A stretch of 63,676 nucleotides of DNA, counting the filler, from Octopus bimaculoides (taxonomy: Eukaryota): the NCBI RefSeq assembly GCF_001194135.2. It is 10 parts of 9 records of this genome, joined end to end, with 100 filler letters (N's around TTAATTAATTAA, not from the genome) between each part and the next. Parts side by side here need not be neighbours in the genome. Positions count along the whole stretch, not along the records: positions 39,617 to 55,169 come from NC_068987.1; positions 55,270 to 59,547 come from NW_026312451.1; positions 59,648 to 61,047 come from NW_026311566.1; positions 61,148 to 62,556 come from NC_068984.1; positions 62,657 to 63,676 come from NC_068992.1; 5 more parts are not named here. The stretch is one strand, 5' to 3'. Position 1 is the stretch's first letter. Each line of letters opens with the position of its first letter. A model generated the notes under the pieces. That model saw only the letters and a list, made by a program, of their open reading frames with translations. It ran no database searches and was not told the DNA's origin. Of the stretch, positions 49,892 to 63,312 are shown piece after piece. Position numbers and translations under genes: made by a program.

Positions 49892-51139
49892 TATATGCCA
49901 AGGAGAAAATGGAGGGAATCCAGAGATAGTAGCCATCAGCTGTTAGACATTATATCATGTGTAGTAACTATCAGCTGTTACACATTATATTATATTCCTT
50001 TATTTATTTTAAACAGTTCAGTTAATATATATAAATAAATGTGTAAAGTAATAGTAATTTGTAGAATAGAGAAAGAAGTGCTGTCCCTTACAGTTGTTTC
50101 TGCCAGGATGTCACAATACACCACATATTATTTCCATCTTTTCAGCGGTTCCTATTAGGGGGTGAAAGTTTATATTAATAGTCATGATAGCAGTTGTTAC
50201 TAAATGAAGTAAATACAGCAATTCTTCAGGAAGTTACCAAGATACTGTATTAGCTTTCTTCATTTCTTCCGTTATTCTTTAGTTAAGTTGCTGAATCCCT
50301 ATTGGTAATGGGACGGGGTTTGTGGTCATTCACATAATCTAATTGGTCAGCTAATTTATTTGAAAGGCCATGACGCTACTATGGTTGGTTATTGGTTAAC
50401 AGATAACATAAACAAACTATATAAAAAATTATATGCATGAAAACATAGAAACAAATAACTATGGGTAGGTAGGAGAGTAAAAGTTGATATTGAGACTTGA
50501 TTAGATTAGATTAAATTAAAATAGATTAAATTAAGAATTATAGAAGTAAAAACTTGATGAGCAGATGGGTTAGTGAGAATAATATAATAGGTTAGAGTGA
50601 TATGACTAACGGGATGTCATTTTACTAGATTGCTTACGAGAAATAAGGTATTACAAAGCTATATAACCGCATATAATAACAGTGATACATGTATCCATTT
50701 AATTAGGGGGATTAGAGGTGCATTTGCCAAAATATATGGGCAATATAGAAGAAAACTCTATGTCGGAAATTATAAGTACCAATTTTTAATGAGGGATAAG
50801 ATATTAGAAGTGACCGGAGAAATCATTTTTTTGCAAGTTGTTATACATCGTTAAAAATATGTTTACAATATATTGCATCAGACACAATACATTAAGTGCT
50901 AAGCGCTATTTAGTAGAGTTGAGTAGTTGAATTAATCATCTCATCAGTCATTCAGGTCATCTATTTATTTAGTTATTTAATTTTTCTTTTCTAGAGATCA
51001 CTAATAATTTACACATATATTTATATATATATATATATATTATCTGAACTGTTTGAAATAAATAAATAGGCATAATGTAATGTCTAACAGCTGATGAATA
51101 CTACCTCTGGATTACTTCCATTTTCTTCTTGTCATATAT
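49892..51139. mobile_element. About 1.25-kb AT-rich element with about 95-bp terminal inverted repeats
   Basis: 49892-50022 (with an internal duplication of about 34 bp) is the reverse complement of 51044-51139. Both ends sit in TATA. Confidence 0.65.
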
Positions 51140-51746
51140 ATATATATGTGTGTGTATATGTATCTGCGTGACTGTTTCATCACTTGCCTACCGATGTTGG
51201 TGTGTTTACGCCCCCACAATCTAGTAGTTCGGCAAATAATACCGAAATAATACGTACTGGGCTTACAAAGAATAAGTCCAGGGGTCGATTTGTTCGACTA
51301 AAGGCGGTGCTCGAACATGGTCACAGTCAAATCATAGAAACAAATGAGAAGAAAAGAATAAATATAAAGCAACACGGATTTTAAAGGTTATTTCAGTACG
51401 CACGTGTCATGCTACTCCATTTATTTAAGTAATGCAAGGATACAGAAAATTTACTGAACATTTCATTTCCGCAGAATGGACATATTGCTGTTGTGACAAC
51501 ATTTAAACAATCTAAGTGGGAAAGAAGAATACAAAACAAAAAAAGAAAAAAAACATCTTGACATAGACAAGGCTACCAGGCTAGTAATTAATTCTTGGTA
51601 CAATTCTAACTGTCCCTCATTTTATTTGTTTTTTATCTAGTGATTTAAAGCTTAAATATATATAATATATATAATTAATAATATCGATGGGTAATACAAA
51701 TATTAGAAAATTCTACCACCAGTGGCCTAGCGTGTAAACATTTAGA

Positions 51747-51912
51747 AGAGGTACCCATCATGGGACTCCTCACGCTAGAAAGAACAGCTAAGTTCCAAAC
51801 CAGTATTAGGGATAAAATTTCGAAAGGAATGAAAAATAACGAAAAACCCTAATAATGGTTTTGAACTTAGCTGTTCTTTCTAGCGTGAAGGAGTCCTATG
51901 ATAGATACCTCT
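51747..51912. mobile_element. Hairpin MITE with about 66-bp arms
   Basis: AGAGGTACCCATCATGGGACTCCTCACGCTAGAAAGAACAGCTAAGTTCC pairs with GAACTTAGCTGTTCTTTCTAGCGTGAAGGAGTCCTATGATAGATACCTCT. Confidence 0.88.
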
Positions 51913-53039
51913 TATGTATTTAAATGTACACTGCATTTACACACACACACACACACACACAGACACACACACACACACACACACANNNNNNNNNNNNNNN
52001 NNNNNNNNNNNNNNNNNNNNNNNNNNNNNNNNNNNNNNNNNNNNNNNNNNNNNNNNNNNNNNNNNNNNNNNNNNNNNNNNNNNNNNNNNNNNNNNNNNNN
52101 NNNNNNNNNNNNNNNNNNNNNNNNNNNNNNNNNNNNNNNNNNNNNNNNNNNNNNNNNNNNNNNNNNNNNNATATATAAAAATAAACTTTTATCTGGTGCA
52201 TGTTGTTACGCTAAAATCCAAAGGAGAAATACCAACCACGTGTCGTGGTTCTCTTCCTCAACAACACCTTCATAGGATCCAGTGACTACTGCTCTACCGT
52301 TTTCGACGTAGAAGTGACCCACCTTTCGGAGGTGTCATCACCTCTGGTGCCGAGTGTGTTTCTTATTTCTCCTTTTTTTCTTTTATTTACTTTCTTCGAA
52401 GAAGCGTCAACGAATGTCAGCAGGCAATTAACCATCCTGCCAAATTTCCCATTAAAAACTCGCCAGTAGACACCAGCAGACAGTACCAGCTAACCGTCAC
52501 GTGACACTGTCTAAGCTTCAACTGACCAATGGAGGGGAACGGCGCGTAATTGTAGCTCGCACTCTCCTTAAACCTGCCTTCCAAAAGTGTCGTCTTAGCC
52601 AGAGCCGACTAACTGTTTCTTGGTACAAGACTTCGAACTAGGGAGAGGGGATGCTATGAACTAGACCGCTACCTTGGCCCACATTTCAATCAGCAACACT
52701 GTGTCCCAGTGGGCAAGTTATGGCTTTCAAGAACGTCTTGTGCAGTAATTTCCAGGCTTTCACTGGTACACTTAAAACCACTTCGCTCAAGCCATGCCCA
52801 CGATGCTGTCTTATTCTTAACGCCATGTCTATTTCTTTAAAATAGTCCATGCATTCTCATTTCTTCTACTTAATTCTCTGGTTAAACACTTCCTTGATCA
52901 TCATTTCATCTGCATTTTCACCCATAGCTTTCGCAGCATATAGCAGAAGTCCTTCGTCACTATTGATCAAATACTCGGCAAGCGTTCTCCTTTCACTCCT
53001 TATATAATTGTTGAACTATGACAAATATATCGGCCTATT

Positions 53040-54720
53040 GGACTGAAGTTCTCTATCTGGGAATATTCGTCAAATTTTGTGCGCTATTCTGGCATGTGCC
53101 TGTAGCATTTTTTTCTGTGGTTATTCCATAGTGTTGGCATAGCTTCCAGTGTATATAAGTACCAGCTCTGTCGTCTGCGAATGTATTCCTTCTTAGCCAG
53201 GACTGGGCAGCCAAAGACAATATGGTTTGTTCTTTCTTGTCCATCTTTACATATTCTGCAGTTGTTATGTTTCTTTTCATTACATGTTTTTGGTAATTTC
53301 TAGTGGGGAGTCTTTGGTTTTGTGCTGCACTTAAGACTCATTCAGTCTCTGCTTTGAGTCTTGATTTCTTCAGCCATTGTTGGGATTTTGCTTTGTCTGT
53401 TTCTTTTGCGATTAGCTTAACCCAGTATTTACTATGAAGCGTCTTTTCTTGCCATCATTTTAGGATTTGATTTCACTTTTTTGCAGTTTTTGTTGTTTCT
53501 TCTTTTCCCCTCATAGTTGTTAGGTAGTATGTCTTCTTGTTTGTATCTGCCAGATTTCATAATGACTGTAGTCGATACTTTGTAGTCCTACGTTATTTAT
53601 ATTGTAATAGGTTTCGATCTCTATATGATCTCTACTACCTTCTATACGTTATACATGAGATATTTCTATATTAGATTTTGCGTGGTGCATCCTAAATTCT
53701 GTCATTATTCTTCTTATTTTCCTGCCTATTTTCATTAGTACAGTTACTGTTCACTTAATGATATTGTAGCTGTAACATATTACTGGGATTGCTAGAGTGT
53801 TGATACGTATTATCTTGTTTTTTTCGCATTGAGCTCTCTTTTCAGTATTAATCCAAAACGACAATAGTATTCTTTTTTGATTTTCTTTTACATTTGTGTG
53901 TTGTAGTGTTTGTATGTCTGGCTTTGGTCTAGTTCTCTTATTTCATTTGCTTTATCTAGTGTGACGTTGTTACTCTTAACTAGTTCTCTTTTCAAGGTTG
54001 CTTTGGCACATTTTTCTCAGCCAAATTTCATATTTATTGCTTTGGTAAATCCATGTACTGTCTGCAGGGATTTTGCCTTGTCCATTTCTTTTGTGTTTAG
54101 TTTAACCCAGTATTTACTATGAAGGGGCTTTTTTGCCATCATTTTATGATGATCCGTTGTTGTTCCAATTTTAGTTTAGATTTCAGTTGTTTTACAGTTT
54201 TCGTTTTTTCGATAGATATATATGAATGCAATAGTGTAGGTGGATGTTAGGACACTTTCAAATTCGATGGAGAATTCATAGAAACTGGTGGCAGAACACT
54301 TCATCTAAAAAAATGCTAACATGCTGAATTTCACAAATATTTTAAGCTTTGAAGCAAAACAGCTTGAAAGCAATGAATTTGGAATATATGATGGTAAAGA
54401 GTTTCAGTTTAAAATCCGTAGTTACAAAATTATAATCCCCTGAAAGTTTTCTGGCGTTATGGAAATGATCTGCCCTTTTTTTTTTTTTTTACTGAATTGA
54501 AAGTTTTTTACTTAGGATGTGTGCGGTGCCTAGCAGTGTTATTTTCTGTATGTTATATATACTTGTTAGTCCTGGAGATTTTAGTTATCTGTTTGGTTGA
54601 ATACTTTTTATCATTCCCCACTATGATAGGAATCTTTTCTGTTTTTAGACTCCTCATTCGAGTTTCCTCTATTTCGAGATCTTTGTAGTTTCAAAGTTTC
54701 TCCTTTTCTTTTAGAGAATA
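53040..54720 (-). mobile_element. Decayed R4/Dong-like fragments
   Basis: AGTYIHWKLCQHYGITTEK (53053-53280) and similarity of 54497-54720 to the REL tail at 7949-8248. Confidence 0.6.
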
Positions 54721-54946
54721 AATTGTAGCGTACAGTTGTAGGTCAACCATATATAAGAGTCGGCTGATTGCTTTTTCGTAACATTCGCATTCGCATCCAG
54801 TTCTGTTTATTATCATTATTATTATTGCTATCATTATTATTATTATTATCATTATTATTATTATTGTTGTTGTTGTTGTTGTTGTTTTTGTTGGCGTTGT
54901 TAATATTATTATTATGATGATTTTGATTATTATTATTATTATTGTT

Positions 54947-55169
54947 CAGTAGTTTTATTTTCATAACGTGCTTTCACTTCACTACCGAGCGCAGCTCTGT
55001 GCGCCTTGGGTATGTGCTGTGGTTTGCTGTGGTACTCTTATGGTTTCTGTATTGAAAGTGTTTTGCGTAGGATGTGTGCAGTGCCCAGTAGTGCAATTTG
55101 CTGTATGTTATATATATTTGTAAGTCCTGGTGTTTTTGTTATGTATTTGTCTGAATATGTTTTTATTAT
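54947..55169 (-). mobile_element. R4/Dong-like 3' end at a (TAA)n-rich array
   Basis: Near-identical to 7853-8075, including the junction TT|CAGTAGTTT.ATTT next to TAT repeats. Truncated by a gap. Confidence 0.85.
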
Positions 55170-55269
55170 NNNNNNNNNNNNNNNNNNNNNNNNNNNNNNN
55201 NNNNNNNNNNNNNTTAATTAATTAANNNNNNNNNNNNNNNNNNNNNNNNNNNNNNNNNNNNNNNNNNNN

Positions 55270-55490
55270 ACGGACCGAACGTGCAATGTCGAATGGTCTT
55301 GATAGGTGCCCATTGACGCGAACTACCGAACGGATGCCCCTGTACAAGGCAGCCATCCAGCCGCGGAAAATGGGACCTAAGCCGGCCGCCATGAGGACAG
55401 CCTCCAAGTATTGATGGTCTACCCTATCGAAAGCTTTCGATTGATCTAAATTGATCAGGGCCCCACCCATGCCAGGTTCCTTAACTAGAT
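55270..55490 (-). mobile_element. Tx1/L1-like reverse transcriptase fragment
   Basis: GALINLDQSKAFDRVDHQYLEAVLMAAGLGPIFRGWMAALYRGIRSVVRVNGHLSRPFDIARSVR covers RT domains 3-4 (LD.SKAFDRV, VRVNG..S..F). Confidence 0.88.
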
Positions 55491-55605
55491 AGATAGTAAA
55501 TCCAAAAAATAACAGCAATGGATTTACAATTCATTCTTTCACCCCAACCACGAGCTGGCATACACAGGTGCTTACAATTGTCAAGTATTACCTCTAAATT
55601 TTACT

Positions 55606-55659
<54 letters not shown>

Positions 55660-56090
55660 TATCCATCAGACACAAACGTGTTGCGAGTAATAAGAAAGGG
55701 TTCTCCTTATCATGTTGCTATTGAGGTAGCACATGCTTATATACGTTCATCAGAATTTACAAATACACATATAATTGAGCACTCCACGTTATTTGAAATT
55801 TATGTCAATTTACTACATTTTTGGTTATATATTAATATCAAAAATAGAAACTATGTAATATTAAATATAAAAACACATACACATCCAAGCATAAAACACA
55901 TCAGTGAAACATGAATGGATGAAGAGAATCATTGCATTATGTAATTACCAAAATATTAAAGCATAAACGTAAGGTTTTTAGGTTGGTACGCGTTCGCAGA
56001 GGCACATTTATGTTGAATCTTGCATGCAAATACATACACACATACGCACACACACACATCCACACACACATCCGTATGTATTTATACAGT

Positions 56091-56185
<95 letters not shown>

Positions 56186-56687
56186 TGAAAGAATGCCAAA
56201 TATACTGAGCTAGATAGATAAGGATGTATGCACACACACACATATATATATATGTGTATAAGTATGTGTGTGTGAGTGTGTGTGTATGTGTGTACGTGTG
56301 TGTGGGGGTGGGGGGTATGTGGATTAATAAAAAAGAGGAGTAAGATAGCGGGAGATGAAATAGATAAAGTGATTATATTTTTGTATATCAGTACATATGC
56401 GTGCGTGTGTGTCTATCCATTTTGAGTTTTTCAGTGATTGTGTGCGAGAGAGAGAGAGAGAGGTGGGGTAAGAGGAACAACGAAATAAAATGAAGGGACT
56501 ACGTGTAGTTAATATGTGTGAAGTAACAGTGCTTATTAACCAAAATAATAGGGGTGAAATATACATAATGTGACATCACAAATATTTACTGAGTAATATA
56601 AAACTTAATGGCTGTTTTATTCGCATAATAACTCTGCGTAGGTAAACACTCACGGAAATATATCGATATATGGAGGTGTGTATAGTG

Positions 56688-56778
<91 letters not shown>

Positions 56779-57090
56779 GCGTGTGTGTGTGTGTGTGTTT
56801 TCGTGTATTAGTTGCGTCAGTCCGAAAGGGAGCCACCGAGGGAGTCTAAAAGTGGTCACTGTAATGTACTGCAAGAAATAGCAGCTAATCTCTCTAAACT
56901 CACATTCCATCGTCTTAATCATGGGAAGGAGATAGTAGATGATCTAGTGTTAGATAAAGATAAAAATATGCGAGAGTCGCATCTGGAACGCCTTTGATCA
57001 TAAATATGCTCTTTGAGGTTTGCAATGACTTAAAGTACCATTAACAACAACATAAACGAAAAGTAAACAACTGTATAAATATATATATAT

Positions 57091-57183
<93 letters not shown>

Positions 57184-57613
57184 GTACACGCGCGTGCATA
57201 TATGTATATATTGTATATGTATGTGCAACTTATGTTTATGAGGTTTTATATGCATGTCTATGTACTTGTGTATACATGTATGTGTGTATCTGCGTTATTT
57301 TTACATCCTTCAGTATAAACGAGTAAACAACGTAGATCGAAAGTAAATAAAGTATACAATACTGTGATGTGAATGTGTGTGTAAAAGTAATTGTGTATAC
57401 GTGTGTGCATGTGTGCGTGTGTGTGTGCGATTGTTTTCGTAGATGAATGCATGCATGTATATGAGTGTGTATACATATATGTGTTTGTGTGAGCAGGCGT
57501 AAAAATATGTGCGTCTGTGAGTGTGTTTATGTACATATACACGTGTATCTGTGTCAGTGTTTGTGTGTGTAAGAATGCTGTGTGTGCGTAGTGTGTGTGT
57601 GTGTGCGTGTGTA

Positions 57614-57733
<120 letters not shown>

Positions 57734-58154
57734 TGTGCATTTATGTGTGTGATCTACTTAGATTACGCATGTAAACAATATTCCTCGAAAGTAAACAGAT
57801 GTGATACGTGAGCGGCGGAAGAGTGTGTGTGCGTGTATAAATAAGGTATTATAAGTACATGAGTGTGTAGGTGTATATGCATACGTACAAACGTGTATCG
57901 ATATCTCCATGCGGATGTCTTTTATGGCTTTGCATATCATCATTTCCTTAGTGCGTATTTCGACGCATCATAACTCAATAAGATACAACAATGCAGATTT
58001 TCCAAAGAATCGCTCAATGAGATGGTAGGGAAGGGATTCCTACGTTGGAAATGATGGATAATAGGAACTAAAAGTACTGAACGGGTGCTGCTTCATTTCT
58101 AGTCATATTAGAGCATATAGTACGCACATACTAACATAAAAACCTATATATATA

Positions 58155-59051
58155 TTCTCTCTTTTACGCTTTTACTTGTTTCAGTCATTTGACTGCGGCC
58201 ATGCTGGAGCACTGCCTTTATAGTCGAGCAAATCGATCCAGAGCTTATTCTTTGTAAGCCTAGTACCTTTTTCTATCGCTCTCTTTTGCCGAACCGCTAA
58301 GTTACGTGGATGTAAACTAAGTTTGTCTCCTCTACGTTTAGCCCCCTGTGGTCAATAAAGAAATAAATATTCTTAGTGCAAAATGCGGCGAGCTGGCAGA
58401 AACGTTAAGCTCGGCGGTATTTCGTCTGCAATTACGTTCTGAGTTCAAATTCCACCGAGGTCGACTTTGCCTTTTATCCTTTCGGGGTCGATAAATTAAG
58501 TACCAGTTACACACTGGGATCGATCTAATCGACTANNNNNNNNNNNNNNNNNNNNNNNNNNNNNNNNNNNNNNNNNNNNNNNNNNNNNNNNNNNNNNNNN
58601 NNNNNNNNNNNNNNNNNNNNNNNNNNNNNNNNNNNNNNNNNNNNNNNNNNNNNNNNNNNNNNNNNNNNNNNNNNNNTTCTCTCTTTTACGCTTTTACTTG
58701 TTTCAGTCATTTGACTGCGGCCATGCTGGAGCACTGCCTTTATAGTCGAGCAAATCGATCCAGAGCTTATTCTTTGTAAGCCTAGTACCTTTTTCTATCG
58801 CTCTCTTTTGCCGAACCGCTAAGTTACGTGGATGTAAACTAAGTTTGTCTCCTCTACGTTTAGCCCCCTGTGGTCAATAAAGAAATAAATATTCTTAGTG
58901 CAAAATGCGGCGAGCTGGCAGAAACGTTAGCGGTATTTCGTCTGCAATTACGTTCTGAGTTCAAATTCCACCGAGGTCGACTTTGCCTTTTATCCTTTCG
59001 GGGTCGATAAATTAAGTACCAGTTACACACTGGGATCGATCTAATCGACTA
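58155..59051. repeat. About 380-bp segment (two SINE pieces) duplicated on either side of an N gap
   Basis: 58155-58535 is almost identical to 58677-59051; the one difference I saw is a 6-bp indel (GTTAAGCTCGGCGG versus GTTAGCGG). Confidence 0.9.
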
Positions 59052-59924
59052 CACCCTCCCCAAAAAATTCGGCCCTTGTGCCTAGAGTAGAAAAAAAAAT
59101 AATGCATTTTTTTACCTCTGGATTCTATATAACATGCAAACCTATCGAGTACATTTATAACAACGTGAATGTATATATTTATGTGTGTGTGCGTATATAC
59201 ACACGCAAAAATGTTTGCATGCATTAGTCTTTTGCGATTAAAATACCAATCAAACGTCGCTCTTTTCTCCTGGTATACCATGAGAAACATTATCTCGTCT
59301 CTTTGTTTTGCAAATTCGATTTGGTGTGAACAAGCGTGGCCTAGAACGTAGTTACATGCCCTCTTATTTTTTTTTCCCCATCGTTTTATTTTATTTATTT
59401 CTCATGACCAAACCGCTTTAATTCCGTGCGACAAAACTGTGTAAATGAACCACAATACCAACACAACATCAAAAGCAAAAACAAAAGCGTAGCACTTATA
59501 ACAGCAACAACAATAACAAGGATATGCAACAAGAATGTAACTGGAAGNNNNNNNNNNNNNNNNNNNNNNNNNNNNNNNNNNNNNNNNNNNNTTAATTAAT
59601 TAANNNNNNNNNNNNNNNNNNNNNNNNNNNNNNNNNNNNNNNNNNNNATGCATATATACGTACATGTATGTACATACCTACATCTACCTGTATATATCGA
59701 TGCATATCTGGATACAGGACGTTGCAAACAAAACAGACAAAATGAGGAACAGAGTACAAAAAACACACAGGCCAACATAGAGAACATTTCCTTCATCAGC
59801 TGCCACCATTCTAACACTGGAATTTCGAAGAGTTAGGGCAATAGAGAAGGGTAATATAAATATATTACCCTTTTACTCGTTTCAGCCATGAAGCTGCAGT
59901 CATTTTGGAGCACCACCGTGGTCC

Positions 59925-61025
59925 TTCTGATTTTCTAAGTCTGAAGTGTTTCACATCACCCCTCTCGTATGTGCCGCTGTCCCAGCTGTTGGCTCATTTA
60001 TTGCATAAGAGAGTTTAATTCCGCTACCTTCGTTTGCACATCATGTCGGGCTGTTGGTTCATCCGGTATTGAGGAGAGAAGGATGTCTAGTTCCTTTTTG
60101 AAGACATATACTTCCACCCAATGCAGATTTCTTAATTTTTGTGGAAAGGCACTGAAGAGCTGTTGGCCTTTGAACCATAGACTATTGCAGTACCTGGTCC
60201 TAAATTTAGATGGTGTGGATGGTACGTTTAGTAAAATACAATGGCGGCCAATTCTGGCATTTGTATAACACTCAATGCCGAAATTAAGTACTAGCCTTTC
60301 TAGAGTTTTGCATATGTAGATTATTGCATATCTCTCACGCCTTCGCTCCTGGGGGTAAAGTTGCAGTTTTCTCAGCCTATCCCTGTACTGTTTCAGTCTT
60401 TTTAGTGTAGTGACGTTGGATTGCTTCAAGCTCCGCTGTTAGTTTGTCACTATGTGGTGACCATAACTGGGAGCAGTAGTCCGGGTAGCTGAGAGCAAAG
60501 GTTCTCCACAAGGTCGACATTGTTTCTTATCTTGTTTTGAAGGACCTCAGTAGCCATTCTATCAGTTATCTTCACTTTGTTGCTATCTTGATAATATGCA
60601 CATAAAATGATGCGTCATTGCACATACTAATCCCCAAGTCTTTCACTGCCTGTGATTCTGGCAGTGTTGTGTCTTCGGGTGCAGTATATGCAGGCTATAG
60701 TGCATTCGTGAGTTGATAGTGCAGTGCTTGAAATTTTCCAGCATTAAACAGTGTGTTTATTTTGGCCCACTTGTATATCGAATTCAGGTACCACTGTAAG
60801 CTTGCAACACCATCTTGGTTTTTTATTGCCTGTGATAACTTTGTATCATCGACACAGCTAGTAATAGTGGCTGTCCGAGTGACTGTGGGCATGTCTAAGA
60901 GGGTTATTATGAACAGTAATAGCTCCAGAACAGTTCCTTGGAGTATGCCACGTAGGATTTCAGTTTCCTCAGAAAGGGCACCATTGGCTGCAACTACCTG
61001 ACTTCTGTCATTAAGGAAGTCATGT
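59925..61025 (-). mobile_element. CR1/L2-like LINE ORF2 3' fragment
   Basis: VVAANGALSEETEI...QGTVL..LLFII...TSCVDDTKLSQAIKNQ and Y.DRLRKLQLYPQERRRERYAIIYI.K...FKKELDILLSSIPDEP are CR1-group RT and C-terminal motifs. Confidence 0.8.
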
Positions 61026-62971
61026 GCATGTATATATATATATATATNNNNNNNNNNNNNNNNNNNNNNNNNNNNNNNNNNNNNNNNNNNNTTAATTAAT
61101 TAANNNNNNNNNNNNNNNNNNNNNNNNNNNNNNNNNNNNNNNNNNNNACACACACGCACACACATGCACACACACACACGCACAATCACACACATATTTA
61201 TAAATACATATATATATATATATATATATCCGAGGGGCACTTCCGTCGAAGACGTTGTTTGAGCATTCAGCATTTTGCCAAACGACCCGCATTAATAATT
61301 TGTTTATTGTGATCAAATGATTGTGCCACACATTAGCTCAGTCCTTCCATCAAATCGATGGTGTCTCAACAGTTGCACGGTGTACCATCCGTTAGGCATC
61401 GAAGGGATCACAAAATAATGTGAGATGAACTGTCTAGTAATAGTGGTTGTGGGGCTGGCATTTCTTTCTCAGGCCAATATTCAGTCTATTTTCAAGATGG
61501 CGAACTGGCAGAATTCGTTACCTCACCGTACAGCATTCTTAGCTGCACTTCGTTTCTCTTTAAGTTCCAGGTTGAAATTCTGCCTAGGTTGAATTTGCCT
61601 TTTCTCCTTTTGAGTTCTATAAAAGAAGTACTAGTTGTGAACTGAGGTCGGTGTAATCGAGTGAAACTCTTCCTCGAAACTGCTGGCCTCGTGCTAAAGT
61701 TTGAAATTATTATTTTATTTTCTTCCGGTTTTAGATTCTGAGTTTGAATGTCGCCAAGGTCGAGTTTCTGGGTCATCGTTTTCGGGATCGATAAAATAGG
61801 AACCATTTGAGCAGTGGGGTCAGTGTAAACAAACTAGTCTTTCCACCAAAATTCATATAATAGGAAGACTTATTAATTCCTTTGTCGTTATAAATACCAC
61901 TGATAATATGATATATCACAGGTACACGGATATTCAAATAGTAATATTGAGAGGTATTCGAGATAAAGAGTGAAGTTTAACACGGTGGATCAACCCGCTA
62001 AAAATAGTTGCCAGACTTCTGTACATCAGTAAATAAGTTTTAAATAAAAAAAACAACACTTTGGGCAATGTTGTCTTAGATAAAATGTGTGTGAAAAAAG
62101 AAAAGGACTGGCTACCACTGCGACGCATTTAATTATAGTTTTTCATTATCAAAGTTGGTATTGGCCAACCCCAAAACAATACTTTTAATAGAAATACTTT
62201 TGGCACAAGACCGGAAATTTTGAGGAGTGGAGTATAGCCGAAGACCTCGACTCAACTAGGTGAGTTTTACTTATTTTGTCGATCAACAATGTGTGACAGG
62301 AGATGAAGACGTCGGAGGAATTGAACTCAGAACTTAAAGAACAAGAAAATTTTCGTTTAACATTGTGTCGAATGCTTCTGCCTGTTCGCCAATTTAGTAC
62401 TGTTATTTATTTGAAATAGCTGAGGCTTGCTTTTTGCCAGAGTCCAGCTCCTTATTCATTGGAAGAATACCGATTATTAAAAACATCGAAAGAATATACA
62501 ATTGTTTGCGCCCGCGAGCACGCACGCACGCACGCACGTATGCACACACACACACANNNNNNNNNNNNNNNNNNNNNNNNNNNNNNNNNNNNNNNNNNNN
62601 TTAATTAATTAANNNNNNNNNNNNNNNNNNNNNNNNNNNNNNNNNNNNNNNNNNNNCAAAATGCAGCGTTCGTGTCACAAAGATTTTCATGGCTACAAGA
62701 CGCCATCGTCTCAAAAAAAAAATGGCTAGAAAGCCGAAATTGGTTTTTATATCCTGGAAATGTGCCACACAGGGCAGATTTCCGTCGCAAAAAACTTGCA
62801 CCAGAGAGTCTACAAGTTGTTATACAACTTTGTATATAAAATAAACTTTACAAACAAACTTTTTAAAACATGAAAAAGGCAAAACTTACAGAGCCGACAC
62901 GTCTACCGTCCGTCCATAGATAGATAGATAGATAGATGGATGGATGGATGGATGGTTGGATAGAAAGATGA

Positions 62972-63036
<65 letters not shown>

Positions 63037-63038
63037 AC

Positions 63039-63312
63039 AGTTACGAAATGGAGTAGGTAGGATCCGGGCTACATATATTTCAGAGCGGGTGAAACCTCAG
63101 AAGTGGTAAAAATCCAATCGGGGTGTATATCGGCGGCTACTCTTCAAACCAAGGGTATCTTGGTTAAATTAAAGGTTACATTGTCGCATGGAGGTACATG
63201 TTGACGCATGGAAGATTCCATCCTGAAGAGTAGCTGGATTTTTACCACTTCTGAGGTTCCGCCCGCTGTGAAACATATGTAGCCCGGATCTTACCCACTC
63301 CATTCCGTAACT
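63039..63312. mobile_element. MITE with about 78-bp terminal inverted repeats
   Basis: AGTTACGAAATGGAGTAGGTAGGATCCGGGCTACATAT...GTGGTAAAAATCCA pairs with TGGATTTTACCAC...ATATGTAGCCCGGATCTTACCCACTCCATTCCGTAACT. Confidence 0.88.

Noticed and set aside
59790-59810. CTGATGA on the minus strand (similar heptamers at 13151, 30998, 42372, 44193) as hammerhead cores
   Set aside because: No stem II plus GAAA and no stem I closure follow these heptamers.
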